From NCBI GenBank assembly GCA_028819195.1, contig JAPPMF010000009.1:84363-148362 (forward strand): 64,000 bases of DNA, read 5' to 3'. The notes under the pieces were generated by a model, which made no database searches, was not told where the DNA came from, and saw only the letters and a list, made by a program, of their open reading frames with translations. Positions 42,423 to 50,710 of this stretch are shown here, in pieces; the stretch's first letter is position 1, and the number at the start of each line of letters is the position of its first letter. Position numbers and translations under genes: made by a program. This stretch comes from Gammaproteobacteria bacterium. Lineage in GTDB: Bacteria > Pseudomonadota > Gammaproteobacteria > Pseudomonadales > Azotimanducaceae.

Positions 42423-44150
42423 ATGGTTCGACGAATTCTTTTTTTGCTTGCGGTTGCCTTGATTTCGACAACATTCACTAGTTGCCAATGGTTGGGTTCT
42501 AAGACGGTATTCACTTACTTCACGATTTCTGCTGAAGCAGTGCGACTAGCTCCAGACTCACCAAAACATCCTATATTCGTCGAGATTACCTACGAAACTA
42601 CCAATGAAATCGATGAAACAGAGACTATTCAATTGGCAGCAGGGTCGCTGGGCGATGGCGACATAGAGTTTAAAGAACAAGTAACTGAATCCATTGAAGT
42701 TCTAATAAAGGTAAGCGAGCTTCCCGAAAGGTATAGCGCTTCAACCAAAGCTATTCTGAGACCGAATTTCACGATCGATTTGCAATATAGGAGGTCAAAC
42801 TATGACACCGAAATCGGCGAATTGATATTTGAAAGGGTACACGATCTTTCTCTAGAACCTAATCGTAGATTTTCATTCACCGGAGATCGTCGTAGTTTGA
42901 GTGAAGGATTCTTCGATATGAGTGTTGTCAGAGCTTATTCAGATCTAGACACCTCAGACGAAAACGACACAGTACAACACTTTGGTCCGTTATTTTTCGA
43001 AGATGGTGAGTTTTTGATTGTCGGAGATGTAGATGAGCCTACATTGTTTACTATCGAAATTTCAAGACCATTTGAGTTTCTAGCCCAAAAACACTTTGCG
43101 ATCTTTGAACCTGGCGTCAATTACCGTCTTGTTCCGTTGGGTAATAGCGGAGAAATTGCGATCGAGGCTGATCGAGAAAGTACCCATACTAAACTGATTT
43201 CAAGTTGGCAAAGGGATCCAGCATATATAGAAATAGTTGAACAGTTGATCCAAGCCCAAAAAGACGAATCTAATAGCAATGGCAAGCGGCACGCGCAGCA
43301 TTTGGAAGAATTTGTAAAGAACTATAAAGTTGCGGCTGAATGTGAACATATTGTTGTTACAAAAACACAGCTGTCGCCTCTTGTTACAGACTATATTCCT
43401 TCCTCGTTATTGATGCGAACAGAACTAGTCAGGTTGCGGTCTGCCGCGCTTCGCAAACTTATGGACGAAACCACAAACTTTAAATTAAGTGAGTTGATTT
43501 CTACATTGGGTTCGAAGATGCTTGATGAAGATTCAGCTTGGGGTTTGAATGTGCGTTACGAAAGAGAAACATTTTTTCTGCAGTGGTGGTTGAATCGAGG
43601 GTTAGAAACCAGCAACGGCGACGTACAAAAGCGATTAGATCGTAATCGAGTCTTACAAGAAGAAATCTGGTCCACACAATTGTCTGAACAAAAATCACAG
43701 CAATCGCTACCAGGCCAAATTGCACCCGCGTTCCTTCTACCTACAAGTAGTGGCGAAAAAGTCGACTTGAATGATCTACTTCAGGATAACAAATTCGTGT
43801 TCATTGATTTCTGGGCGTCTTGGTGTGGCCCGTGCATCGATAGTTTTCCTGAACTAAAAAAAGTGTACTCAACCTTCCACGAACGAGGATTGGAGATTGT
43901 TAGCATCTCTATTGATAGCGACCACGAAGACTGGGAACAAGGTTTGGTCGACACTGATCTTCCATGGGTAAACCTTGTTGCTGCGGCTGAAGATGGAGAG
44001 CTGTGGGGATGGACTGCGCCAACGGCACTTGCTTACGGGTTAAACTTCATACCCCAAGGTTTTTTAGTTGATGAACATGGTTGTATCGTACAAAAAAACA
44101 TGTCTACCAACAAACTCGAATATTTTCTTGCCCGTAGTCTACAGGATTGA
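42423..44150 (+). CDS. Lipoprotein paralogue (no. 7) of the multidomain TlpA/ResA-like thioredoxin family, isolated from the main array
   Basis: MVRRILFLLAVALISTTFTSC (lipobox-like TSC). Repeats ...DIEFKEQVTESIEVLIKV and RFSFTGDR...FLIVGDVDEPTLFTIEI. THTKLISSW. ECEHI at 43338-43352. IDFWASWCGPC. The ORF-track start 42345 adds 26 aa with no signal-peptide character. Confidence 0.82.
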   Translation: MVRRILFLLAVALISTTFTSCQWLGSKTVFTYFTISAEAVRLAPDSPKHPIFVEITYETTNEIDETETIQLAAGSLGDGDIEFKEQVTESIEVLIKVSELPERYSASTKAILRPNFTIDLQYRRSNYDTEIGELIFERVHDLSLEPNRRFSFTGDRRSLSEGFFDMSVVRAYSDLDTSDENDTVQHFGPLFFEDGEFLIVGDVDEPTLFTIEISRPFEFLAQKHFAIFEPGVNYRLVPLGNSGEIAIEADRESTHTKLISSWQRDPAYIEIVEQLIQAQKDESNSNGKRHAQHLEEFVKNYKVAAECEHIVVTKTQLSPLVTDYIPSSLLMRTELVRLRSAALRKLMDETTNFKLSELISTLGSKMLDEDSAWGLNVRYERETFFLQWWLNRGLETSNGDVQKRLDRNRVLQEEIWSTQLSEQKSQQSLPGQIAPAFLLPTSSGEKVDLNDLLQDNKFVFIDFWASWCGPCIDSFPELKKVYSTFHERGLEIVSISIDSDHEDWEQGLVDTDLPWVNLVAAAEDGELWGWTAPTALAYGLNFIPQGFLVDEHGCIVQKNMSTNKLEYFLARSLQD

Positions 44151-44335
44151 CCCGTTGCTGAATCAGGACGTTTACCAAGGTTCCCACAGTGCTAGGGGAT
44201 TCTCAGGACACTTAAGACTTACTATTTCTTTGTGAAGCGCTTAATTGATGGAATAATTGGATCTTTTGTGAGAATTCAACTTAAGTGGCTAGTTTGCATC
44301 GACAGACTGAACACCCGCACTCATAAGGGTACAGC

Positions 44336-46198
44336 CTATTGGAAAGGAAGTTGATTCGATGTGTTTTTTAGAAATACTGGTTGCATGGTCTCGTCCCCTT
44401 CAACTAACCTTTTAAACTCGTTGATGTCTGTTTTGAATTCGTGATGGTTCACGTAGAGGTATCGCCAACAACTGAAGGTTGGTCGATACCCAACTAAAAA
44501 CTGAAGAGATTTTTCTGCGTATTCCAAAGCTTTAGTTCCATCTCCCATTGCCCAGTACGCTAAACCAATACACTGCAGATAGTTGGCGCTGTCATGTCTA
44601 TCCTCATCCTCTTGATTTGCTTCATGTATTTTGATGACGTTTTCAAAATCTAACTTAGTGTGGTTCCGGCTTTCTCCCCACGCAGCCATCGCCAGATTGA
44701 ATGTGGTTGTAATTTCCAATGTTGCCTGCGCTAAATCGTCAAACAACCTTTTTGCAAGTTGAAACTTACCTATCGAGATGTAAAGTAATCCTAGCTCTTG
44801 CTGTAAATGTTTATCTGATATTGAAATTATTTCGTCAGATATTAGTGGTTGTACCAACAGATTTGCAAGGCTACGTATTGCTCCACGTTCAGAAAAGTAC
44901 AGTTCAGTAACGAGTTGGACTCTTTGTTCTATATTTAAAGAAATTACTGACTTACATTTAAGTACCTGAATATATGTTTCGGATTGAATGAGTCTCAAAG
45001 CACCAACAAGCAATCGAAAGGATGGGATTTCTAAATCGAGTACCTGAAAAGCAACCCCACTAGCTTTTTCTTTATCTCCAAGTTCCGACAGTGCCCGCGC
45101 CTGGCCTAAGTACACATTCGGATTGTTAGTACTCATGTCTATTGCGTTCTGGTATAGTGAGATCGATCGTTCTAACTCCCGTTCACGAAAATAAAATCTA
45201 CCTAGCTGATACAGGATCTCTGGATCTTTACTGTGAGCCGCTTCAATCTTATCTAAGGAATTCTTGTTGTTCGGCATCCAACTCTCTTTTTCCCACGGTG
45301 AATTGTGCTGCATATCTAATCTGAGCTTGTTCAGAAAATTTAGTGCGCCATCACGATCTTCTAAATTTACATTGACGACTTGATTCACGATATTGCAGTA
45401 CTCTTTAGCTAATCGACTGTTCGGTCGACTCAGGGTAAAAATTGCTTGGTTGAGTAACGAGAGACTATCGTAACGGTGTACGATTAGCGGTTCTTTATCG
45501 AATGCAAGTTGGAGCTTAAACTTCAAAATCTCCTCTTCTAGGATTTGGTGTTCATCGTCCAAGTCAGGAACGTTGGACATAACAAAGTGCAATTGAATCT
45601 CTTTATTTCTTGGGGCGTATTTTTCAGATCCTATGTCTTTGACTAATTTCCGAAGTCCTCGAAGATTTTGTTCGTTTGGAAAATAGAAAATCGTTACTGC
45701 ATCGGGAAGTTGCCGAGTGCAAATTCCTCCAACATCGGTGTGACCAGTTCGTGAGTCAATTAGGACATAATCTGGATTGAGTTTGTCCTTCCACTGTTGT
45801 TTAAGATCCTCCATCAGAAGAAAACCATCTCGGTTAGCGTAAAGGTCCCACCAGTCGATACTTTGAGACAAATTAGCAAAACTCTGTTCTTTCCCACCGG
45901 CAGCCATCAACCAGATATTTCCAGCATCTTTGGCAGGAAAGTCTGGCCTACATTCGACCAAATACTTTTCAAACTCATCCGAAACACCGGTAGTAAGGTA
46001 TGAGTTGACAAAGTCCACAAGACCGAGAGTAGGTTTTTCCAGATTTAATGAGTTAAACGTGTCGAGACCCGGAGCTTCAAGGTCAAAGTCTATTAGAAGT
46101 ACACGACGGCCTCTACGTGCTAGTTCGACTCCAGAGTTAACTAACGCCATAGATCGCCCAACTCCCCCTTTAAAAGAATAAAAAGTAGTCACGTACAT
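44336..46198 (-). CDS. ParA/MinD-like ATPase with a variant KGGVGR Walker A, fused to a ~330-aa TPR-like helical-repeat domain
   Basis: MYVTTFYSFKGGVGRSMALVNSGVELARRGRRVLLIDFDLEAPGL, with Walker B in DYVLIDSRTG. The C-terminal half is helical with TPR-like units (ILYQLGRFYFRERELERSISLYQNAID..., ANYLQCIGLAYWAMGDGTKALEYAEKSLQ). The start overlaps the upstream stop (TGATG). Confidence 0.8.
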   Translation of the reverse strand: MYVTTFYSFKGGVGRSMALVNSGVELARRGRRVLLIDFDLEAPGLDTFNSLNLEKPTLGLVDFVNSYLTTGVSDEFEKYLVECRPDFPAKDAGNIWLMAAGGKEQSFANLSQSIDWWDLYANRDGFLLMEDLKQQWKDKLNPDYVLIDSRTGHTDVGGICTRQLPDAVTIFYFPNEQNLRGLRKLVKDIGSEKYAPRNKEIQLHFVMSNVPDLDDEHQILEEEILKFKLQLAFDKEPLIVHRYDSLSLLNQAIFTLSRPNSRLAKEYCNIVNQVVNVNLEDRDGALNFLNKLRLDMQHNSPWEKESWMPNNKNSLDKIEAAHSKDPEILYQLGRFYFRERELERSISLYQNAIDMSTNNPNVYLGQARALSELGDKEKASGVAFQVLDLEIPSFRLLVGALRLIQSETYIQVLKCKSVISLNIEQRVQLVTELYFSERGAIRSLANLLVQPLISDEIISISDKHLQQELGLLYISIGKFQLAKRLFDDLAQATLEITTTFNLAMAAWGESRNHTKLDFENVIKIHEANQEDEDRHDSANYLQCIGLAYWAMGDGTKALEYAEKSLQFLVGYRPTFSCWRYLYVNHHEFKTDINEFKRLVEGDETMQPVFLKNTSNQLPFQ

Positions 46199-46755
46199 CA
46201 GCTAGCTATTCTCAGTTCAAACTCTGTGTGGGTCGATCTGGACTCGCGACTTTGTTGAATATGTCTGAAAGGAATTATGTTTTCGTCTGAATCCAGATCA
46301 CGCAGTTCAAGCAGATGAACGATGCACTGTAATTGCTTAAAAATTTCTGGATTTCTCAGAAGCCGTAGATACCGATCGTTAGCAATATTTTGTATGTTGA
46401 GACTTTTCTCCCACCGGCTGAGCGACGCTTCACCAATACCGGTTAACTGGGCAAATGCGTTTCGTTTCATTTGGTACTTCTCGCGTATTTGTCTGATTTC
46501 GTCGGGGTTGAGTACGCCAAAATGTTTACACAATGCGTTGTGTTCAATTTCCTCTGCTTCCCAATTTTTGTACTCAATCTCACATTGTGGGCAGTTATAT
46601 ACAGGGGTTTTGACCCATATTTTCGCCGTAGATTTTCCAGTACCGTACTCCATGTCATAACCATGAATCGTACGAATAACTCGATCGGTTCCGCATAAAG
46701 GACATGTTTCCTTTGGAGCGGTATCCGTGCTAGGGGTTATTGCATGTTTGTTCAT
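46198..46755 (-). CDS. MqsA-like Zn-ribbon + XRE-type HTH protein (antitoxin-type regulator) with a C-terminal extension
   Basis: CPLCG...(32 aa)...CPQCE zinc-ribbon spacing, then DEIRQIREKYQMKRNAFAQLTGIGEASLSRWEKSLNIQNIANDRYLRLLRNPEIFKQL. This aligns by eye to E. coli MqsA (CPVC...CVHCE; VRKKLSLTQKEAAEIFGGGVNAFSRYEKG...LLRVLDKHPELLNEI). Confidence 0.8.
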   Translation of the reverse strand: MNKHAITPSTDTAPKETCPLCGTDRVIRTIHGYDMEYGTGKSTAKIWVKTPVYNCPQCEIEYKNWEAEEIEHNALCKHFGVLNPDEIRQIREKYQMKRNAFAQLTGIGEASLSRWEKSLNIQNIANDRYLRLLRNPEIFKQLQCIVHLLELRDLDSDENIIPFRHIQQSRESRSTHTEFELRIAS

Positions 46756-46783
46756 TTTTATGTATTGCTCCGTAAATCATAGT

Positions 46784-47130
46784 TCAATCATCGTAATGGA
46801 AGCTTCGACCGTAGATCTTTCCGGTACCAAGCTCTATTTTTACATATATGACGGGGTCATTAGTTTTTAAATCAATTTTCATAGCATAGCCAGTTCTACC
46901 AGGTGGATTTCGCAATTTGACTGGTTTTAATTCAAACCTGCCTCAATGTGGTTTACGATCAAATCCCACGCAGTAGAATCTGTGAATTGGGTATCTAAAA
47001 TCCCATTTGGATTGCGAACCTTATTTGGCTTCCATTTATTCCGACGTTTCCGTGTCCACTCGGTTGTTCGAGTACGTCGACTTTTAGCCAACGAAATTAT
47101 TTGTTTGAGTATCGAAGAATCGACGCTCAC
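46784..47130 (-). pseudogene. MqsR-like toxin gene apparently split by a -1 frameshift (or two small ORFs)
   Basis: ORF 47130..46927 reads MSVDSSILKQIISLAKSRRTRTTEW...AWDLIVNHIEAGLN*. A second frame, open from 46942 to the stop at 46784, reads GRFELKPVKLRNPPGRTGYAMKIDLKTNDPVIYVKIELGTGKIYGRSFHYDD*. Joined, they resemble E. coli MqsR end to end (TRLSQVKKLVNAGQVRTTRS...; ...GQVYLKITVIHDVLIVSFKEK). The toxin-first gene order matches mqsRA. Confidence 0.5.
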
Positions 47131-47367
47131 TACAAACTTCCAATAGCATTAGAAAAGCCACCGCAATCTACAATCATATGAGTATTTTACACATCACCAA
47201 ACAACAATCTAAAAGTTAACAGCAGTCATATAAGTGTTTTTAGATTTATACTCGAAAAGGTGTTTGACTTGGTTTTATATGTAAGAGATTTCACCGTTCG
47301 TGTACATGAGTTTTTGTTCCCTGCTATATAATAATACACAGAAGATTTGAAGTAGTATTCTTGAAAT

Positions 47368-48225
47368 GTGAGGAGGAAAGGATTGACACAGCAATTCGGC
47401 GGTAAATGGACAAAAGAAAAACTCGCGATTTTGGATGGCTATTTGAATGCGTACACCTCTGTATTCAAGAATAAAAAGTTCAAAATCGTTTATATCGACG
47501 CTTTTGCAGGAACTGGAAAGATTCAAACTACAACAGATCTTGGCATGCAGCAATTTTTGCGAGGCTCAGCAAGTATTGCACTAGAGGTTTCAGATAGACC
47601 TTTTGATACACTTGTATTCATTGAGCAGGACTCAAATAAATGCAAGGTTTTGGAAAACAAGTGTGCAGAACCTAAGTACGCGGAACGCAATACAAGAATA
47701 ATCAACGACGATGCAAATACTTATTTGACTAATCTCAAGGTTGACTGGAGCACATGGCGAGGTGTATTGTTCTTAGATCCGTTTGCAACTGAAGTGAACT
47801 GGCATACTATCGAAACAATCGCGAATTTCGAAGCGTTGGATACATGGATATTGTTTCCAGTTTCGGCGGTATCGAGAATGCTGCCTGTCCAATGTTTACC
47901 AGAAAAAATTTCTGAGAAACTTTCAACAAGTTTGGATACTATCTATGGAGACGACAGTTGGAAGAACCTTTATGGCAAACCTCCAACTCGAGATTTGTTT
48001 GACTTTGATCAATCAGCGCGCGTTAGACTGCGCGGAGTTGAAGGGTTGCTTTCCATTTATAAAGCTAAATTGAAACGTGAATTCGGTAAACGATTTTTAG
48101 CAAGATCTAAAACTTTGAAGAATTCAAAGAACTCAGCAATGTTTGAGTTGATCTTCTGCGTTGGTAACTCTGACGGTATAGCAGTAGCTAAACGAATCGC
48201 GGATCATCTTCTCAAAGATTTGTAA
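47368..48225 (+). CDS. tcmP: Three-Cys-motif partner protein (TcmP-like)
   Basis: ...FGGKWTKEKLAILDGYLNAYTSVFKNKKFKIVYIDAFAGTG... matches my recollection of the TcmP family N-terminus. It lies immediately upstream of a Gp37/Gp68 three-Cys protein. Start is GTG 47368, or TTG 47383 six nt after AGGAGG. Confidence 0.65.
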   Translation: MRRKGLTQQFGGKWTKEKLAILDGYLNAYTSVFKNKKFKIVYIDAFAGTGKIQTTTDLGMQQFLRGSASIALEVSDRPFDTLVFIEQDSNKCKVLENKCAEPKYAERNTRIINDDANTYLTNLKVDWSTWRGVLFLDPFATEVNWHTIETIANFEALDTWILFPVSAVSRMLPVQCLPEKISEKLSTSLDTIYGDDSWKNLYGKPPTRDLFDFDQSARVRLRGVEGLLSIYKAKLKREFGKRFLARSKTLKNSKNSAMFELIFCVGNSDGIAVAKRIADHLLKDL

Positions 48226-48259
48226 TGGTTAATGTGTCATATGTTAACAAGGATGTAAG

Positions 48260-49162
48260 ATGGGATACTTATCTAAGATCGAGTGGACGGATCATACTTT
48301 TAATCCATGGTGGGGTTGTACTAAGATTTCACCTGCGTGTGACTTTTGTTACGCAGAATCATTTTCTCGTAGATTAGGGATGGATATCTGGAGTTCACGT
48401 AACAAACGGCGATTCCTGAGTGAATCTAATTGGAAACAACCGCTCAAATGGAATGCCAAAGCCGCCGCAAAAGGTGAGCGAGCACGAGTGTTCTGTGCTT
48501 CAATGAGCGATGTTTTCGAATATAAGAAGGGACTCACAGCACTCAGAGACAGACTTTGGTCTTTAATCGACAGTACACCCTCTTTGATTTGGTTACTGCT
48601 CACTAAGCGACCTCACTTAGTAAACCGTATGGTGCCCTGGAGTGAAGATTGGCCGAGTAATGTGTGGATAGGAACCACAGTAGAAGATCAGAAATGGTTA
48701 CAGAAACGGCTACCACACGTGGAAAAGATTCCAACAACCAACCGGTTTTTGTCGTGTGAACCACTATTGGGGAGCATTGACTTGGGTTCTTGGTTAGCGC
48801 GTGACATCATCCGATGGGTGATCGCTGGCGGTGAAAGTGGTAGTTGCGCGCGACCAAGCGATCCGCAATGGTTTTACTCTCTTCGTGATCAATGTCAACA
48901 GTATCAAATTCCGTTTCACTTCAAGCAATGGGGAAATTGGGCTCCGATAAATTCAGTCAAAGAAGGTGTACCGCGAGCTACTCTGAACGAAAATTTTTCT
49001 ACGTCAATGGGAAGATTTCCCAAAAAAATAGCAGGAAGAAGTTTGGAAGGGCGATATTGGAATCAATTACCAAAGGAATTATTCATAGGGGGAAGGGGCA
49101 ATGGGACAGCGCCATTCCTAAACAAAAAATATGGTAAACACTGCAGAAATAAACCTATATAG
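48260..49162 (+). CDS. Phage Gp37/Gp68 family (DUF5131) three-Cys-motif protein
   Basis: SKIEWTDHTFNPWWGCTKISPACDFCYA (C-x6-C-x2-C at 48317-48349), ...VFCASMSDVF..., LLLTKRP, FLSCEPLLG, WVIAGGESG, FHFKQWG. Confidence 0.8.
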   Translation: MGYLSKIEWTDHTFNPWWGCTKISPACDFCYAESFSRRLGMDIWSSRNKRRFLSESNWKQPLKWNAKAAAKGERARVFCASMSDVFEYKKGLTALRDRLWSLIDSTPSLIWLLLTKRPHLVNRMVPWSEDWPSNVWIGTTVEDQKWLQKRLPHVEKIPTTNRFLSCEPLLGSIDLGSWLARDIIRWVIAGGESGSCARPSDPQWFYSLRDQCQQYQIPFHFKQWGNWAPINSVKEGVPRATLNENFSTSMGRFPKKIAGRSLEGRYWNQLPKELFIGGRGNGTAPFLNKKYGKHCRNKPI

Positions 49163-49200
49163 TGTGTTCCAATTCTCGTACTCAACGAAATTTCACGAAA

Positions 49201-49216
49201 TGTTCCACGTGGAACA
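49201..49216. other. parS centromere-like site (perfect TGTTCCACGTGGAACA)
   Basis: Perfect 16-bp palindrome (18 bp counting the flanking A/T, 49200-49217), identical to the pseudomonad-type ParB-binding consensus as I recall it. It lies between the convergent DUF5131 gene and trkH. parAB are encoded at 26.2-27.9 kb. Confidence 0.75.
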
Positions 49217-49237
49217 TTGAACCTAGTTTGTTGTGTG

Positions 49238-50710
49238 TTAACGCCGCCAATATCGCGGTGCAAACAAAACCAACAATGTGAAAATTTCTAAACGGCCCAA
49301 TATCATCGCAACAACGAGTATATATTTCTCGATACTACCTAATGATTGATAATTGTGAGCCAGTTGCCCTAAACCCGGTCCTAAATTATTCAAACACGCG
49401 GCAACGGCCGAAAAAGCCGTGTCCAAGTCCAAAGATGACACAAACATTAGCGACCAAAGTAGAACAATAAAAACTGCTGCATACATGGCAACGAAGCCAA
49501 CCGTCGATTCCAAAATTCGCTCACTAATCCTTTGGTTATTCAACTTAGCATAGAAAAAAGCTCCGGGTTGAATTAGTTGTTGAATCTCTCGGACTCCTTG
49601 TTTGAATAAGATTAAGATTCTGAACACCTTGAAACCACCACCAGTAGATCCCGAACACGCTCCAGTAAAACTCACGAAAAGTAACATCACCGGACACATC
49701 ACAGGCCACATGGAAAAATCGGCAGTGCTAAACCCAGTTGTGGTCATAAAAGACACCGAGTGAAAGATGCCATCTCTTAATACGTTCCCGTCGAAACCGG
49801 GAGAAATCCATAGTTTTCCACAAATTAAGAAACACACAATCAACAGACACAGAAAATAAAAAAGAACCTCGTCGTCTTTGAAGTATGTTTTGAAGAAATG
49901 CCTGATTCGTCCGATATCTCCTGTCCGATGGATCGCTACATGATGAAGAACAAAATTACATCCCGAGATTATGACAAACACAATGATAGCTGTTTCAACA
50001 GCAGCGCTATCAAAGTATCCAATATTTGCGTCATGGGTAGAAAACCCACCGATTGAGACGGTAGAAAAGGCATGTGCGATCGCATCGAACGGTGACATAC
50101 CGACTATCCAAAAGGTTATAGCACATGCCACAGTCAAGAACAAGTAGATTTTCCAAAGCGCGAGAGCAACCTCTCGAACACGAAGTTGCACCGGTACTTC
50201 CTTGGCGTCACCTGGTAGTTCGGCTTTGACTAGTTGTCTTCCGCCGATGCCAAGCATAGGTAAGATAGCGACGGTAAGTAGGATAATGCCCATACCTCCA
50301 AACCAACAGACAAATTGCCGATAAAACAGGAGGGAACGCGGCATATCGTCAAGACCAACCAATACCGTGGCACCGGTCGTAGTTACGACGGACGCAGCTT
50401 CAAAAACCGCATCCGCAAGTGTTGGTACAGTATTCGGAATGAGTAAGAATGGTAAAGACGCTAAGCCTGACAAGCACACATAAACGGTACTGACGATTAA
50501 AAACGAGTCTCGAGTTCTCAAGCTATTATTCTTACCACGTAATCGGAAACCAGCGTACCCTAACCCTAAGGCAAGGAGTGAACAAATCGTAAACGCTACA
50601 ATCGTGGGGTCTTGGAAAATTATCGCCAGAATTAACGGGACGATAAAGACTGGGCTAAATAGGAGTATCGCTACTCCTAAAACACCAATTATCGTACGAC
50701 GAACTGACAC
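49238..50710 (-). CDS. trkH: Trk-type K+ uptake protein TrkH
   Basis: 490-aa polytopic membrane protein with repeated pore-loop-like segments (TTTGFST, VSIGGFST); adjacent to trkA. Confidence 0.88.
   Translation of the reverse strand: MSVRRTIIGVLGVAILLFSPVFIVPLILAIIFQDPTIVAFTICSLLALGLGYAGFRLRGKNNSLRTRDSFLIVSTVYVCLSGLASLPFLLIPNTVPTLADAVFEAASVVTTTGATVLVGLDDMPRSLLFYRQFVCWFGGMGIILLTVAILPMLGIGGRQLVKAELPGDAKEVPVQLRVREVALALWKIYLFLTVACAITFWIVGMSPFDAIAHAFSTVSIGGFSTHDANIGYFDSAAVETAIIVFVIISGCNFVLHHVAIHRTGDIGRIRHFFKTYFKDDEVLFYFLCLLIVCFLICGKLWISPGFDGNVLRDGIFHSVSFMTTTGFSTADFSMWPVMCPVMLLFVSFTGACSGSTGGGFKVFRILILFKQGVREIQQLIQPGAFFYAKLNNQRISERILESTVGFVAMYAAVFIVLLWSLMFVSSLDLDTAFSAVAACLNNLGPGLGQLAHNYQSLGSIEKYILVVAMILGRLEIFTLLVLFAPRYWRR

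Noticed and set aside
49200-49217. Treating the repeated 18-bp palindrome as a novel regulatory element, island att site or simple bidirectional terminator
   Set aside because: Its core is identical to the known parS consensus TGTTCCACGTGGAACA, and parAB are present in the window. The second copy lies inside rsmB, not at the other island border. The hairpin has no U-tract.
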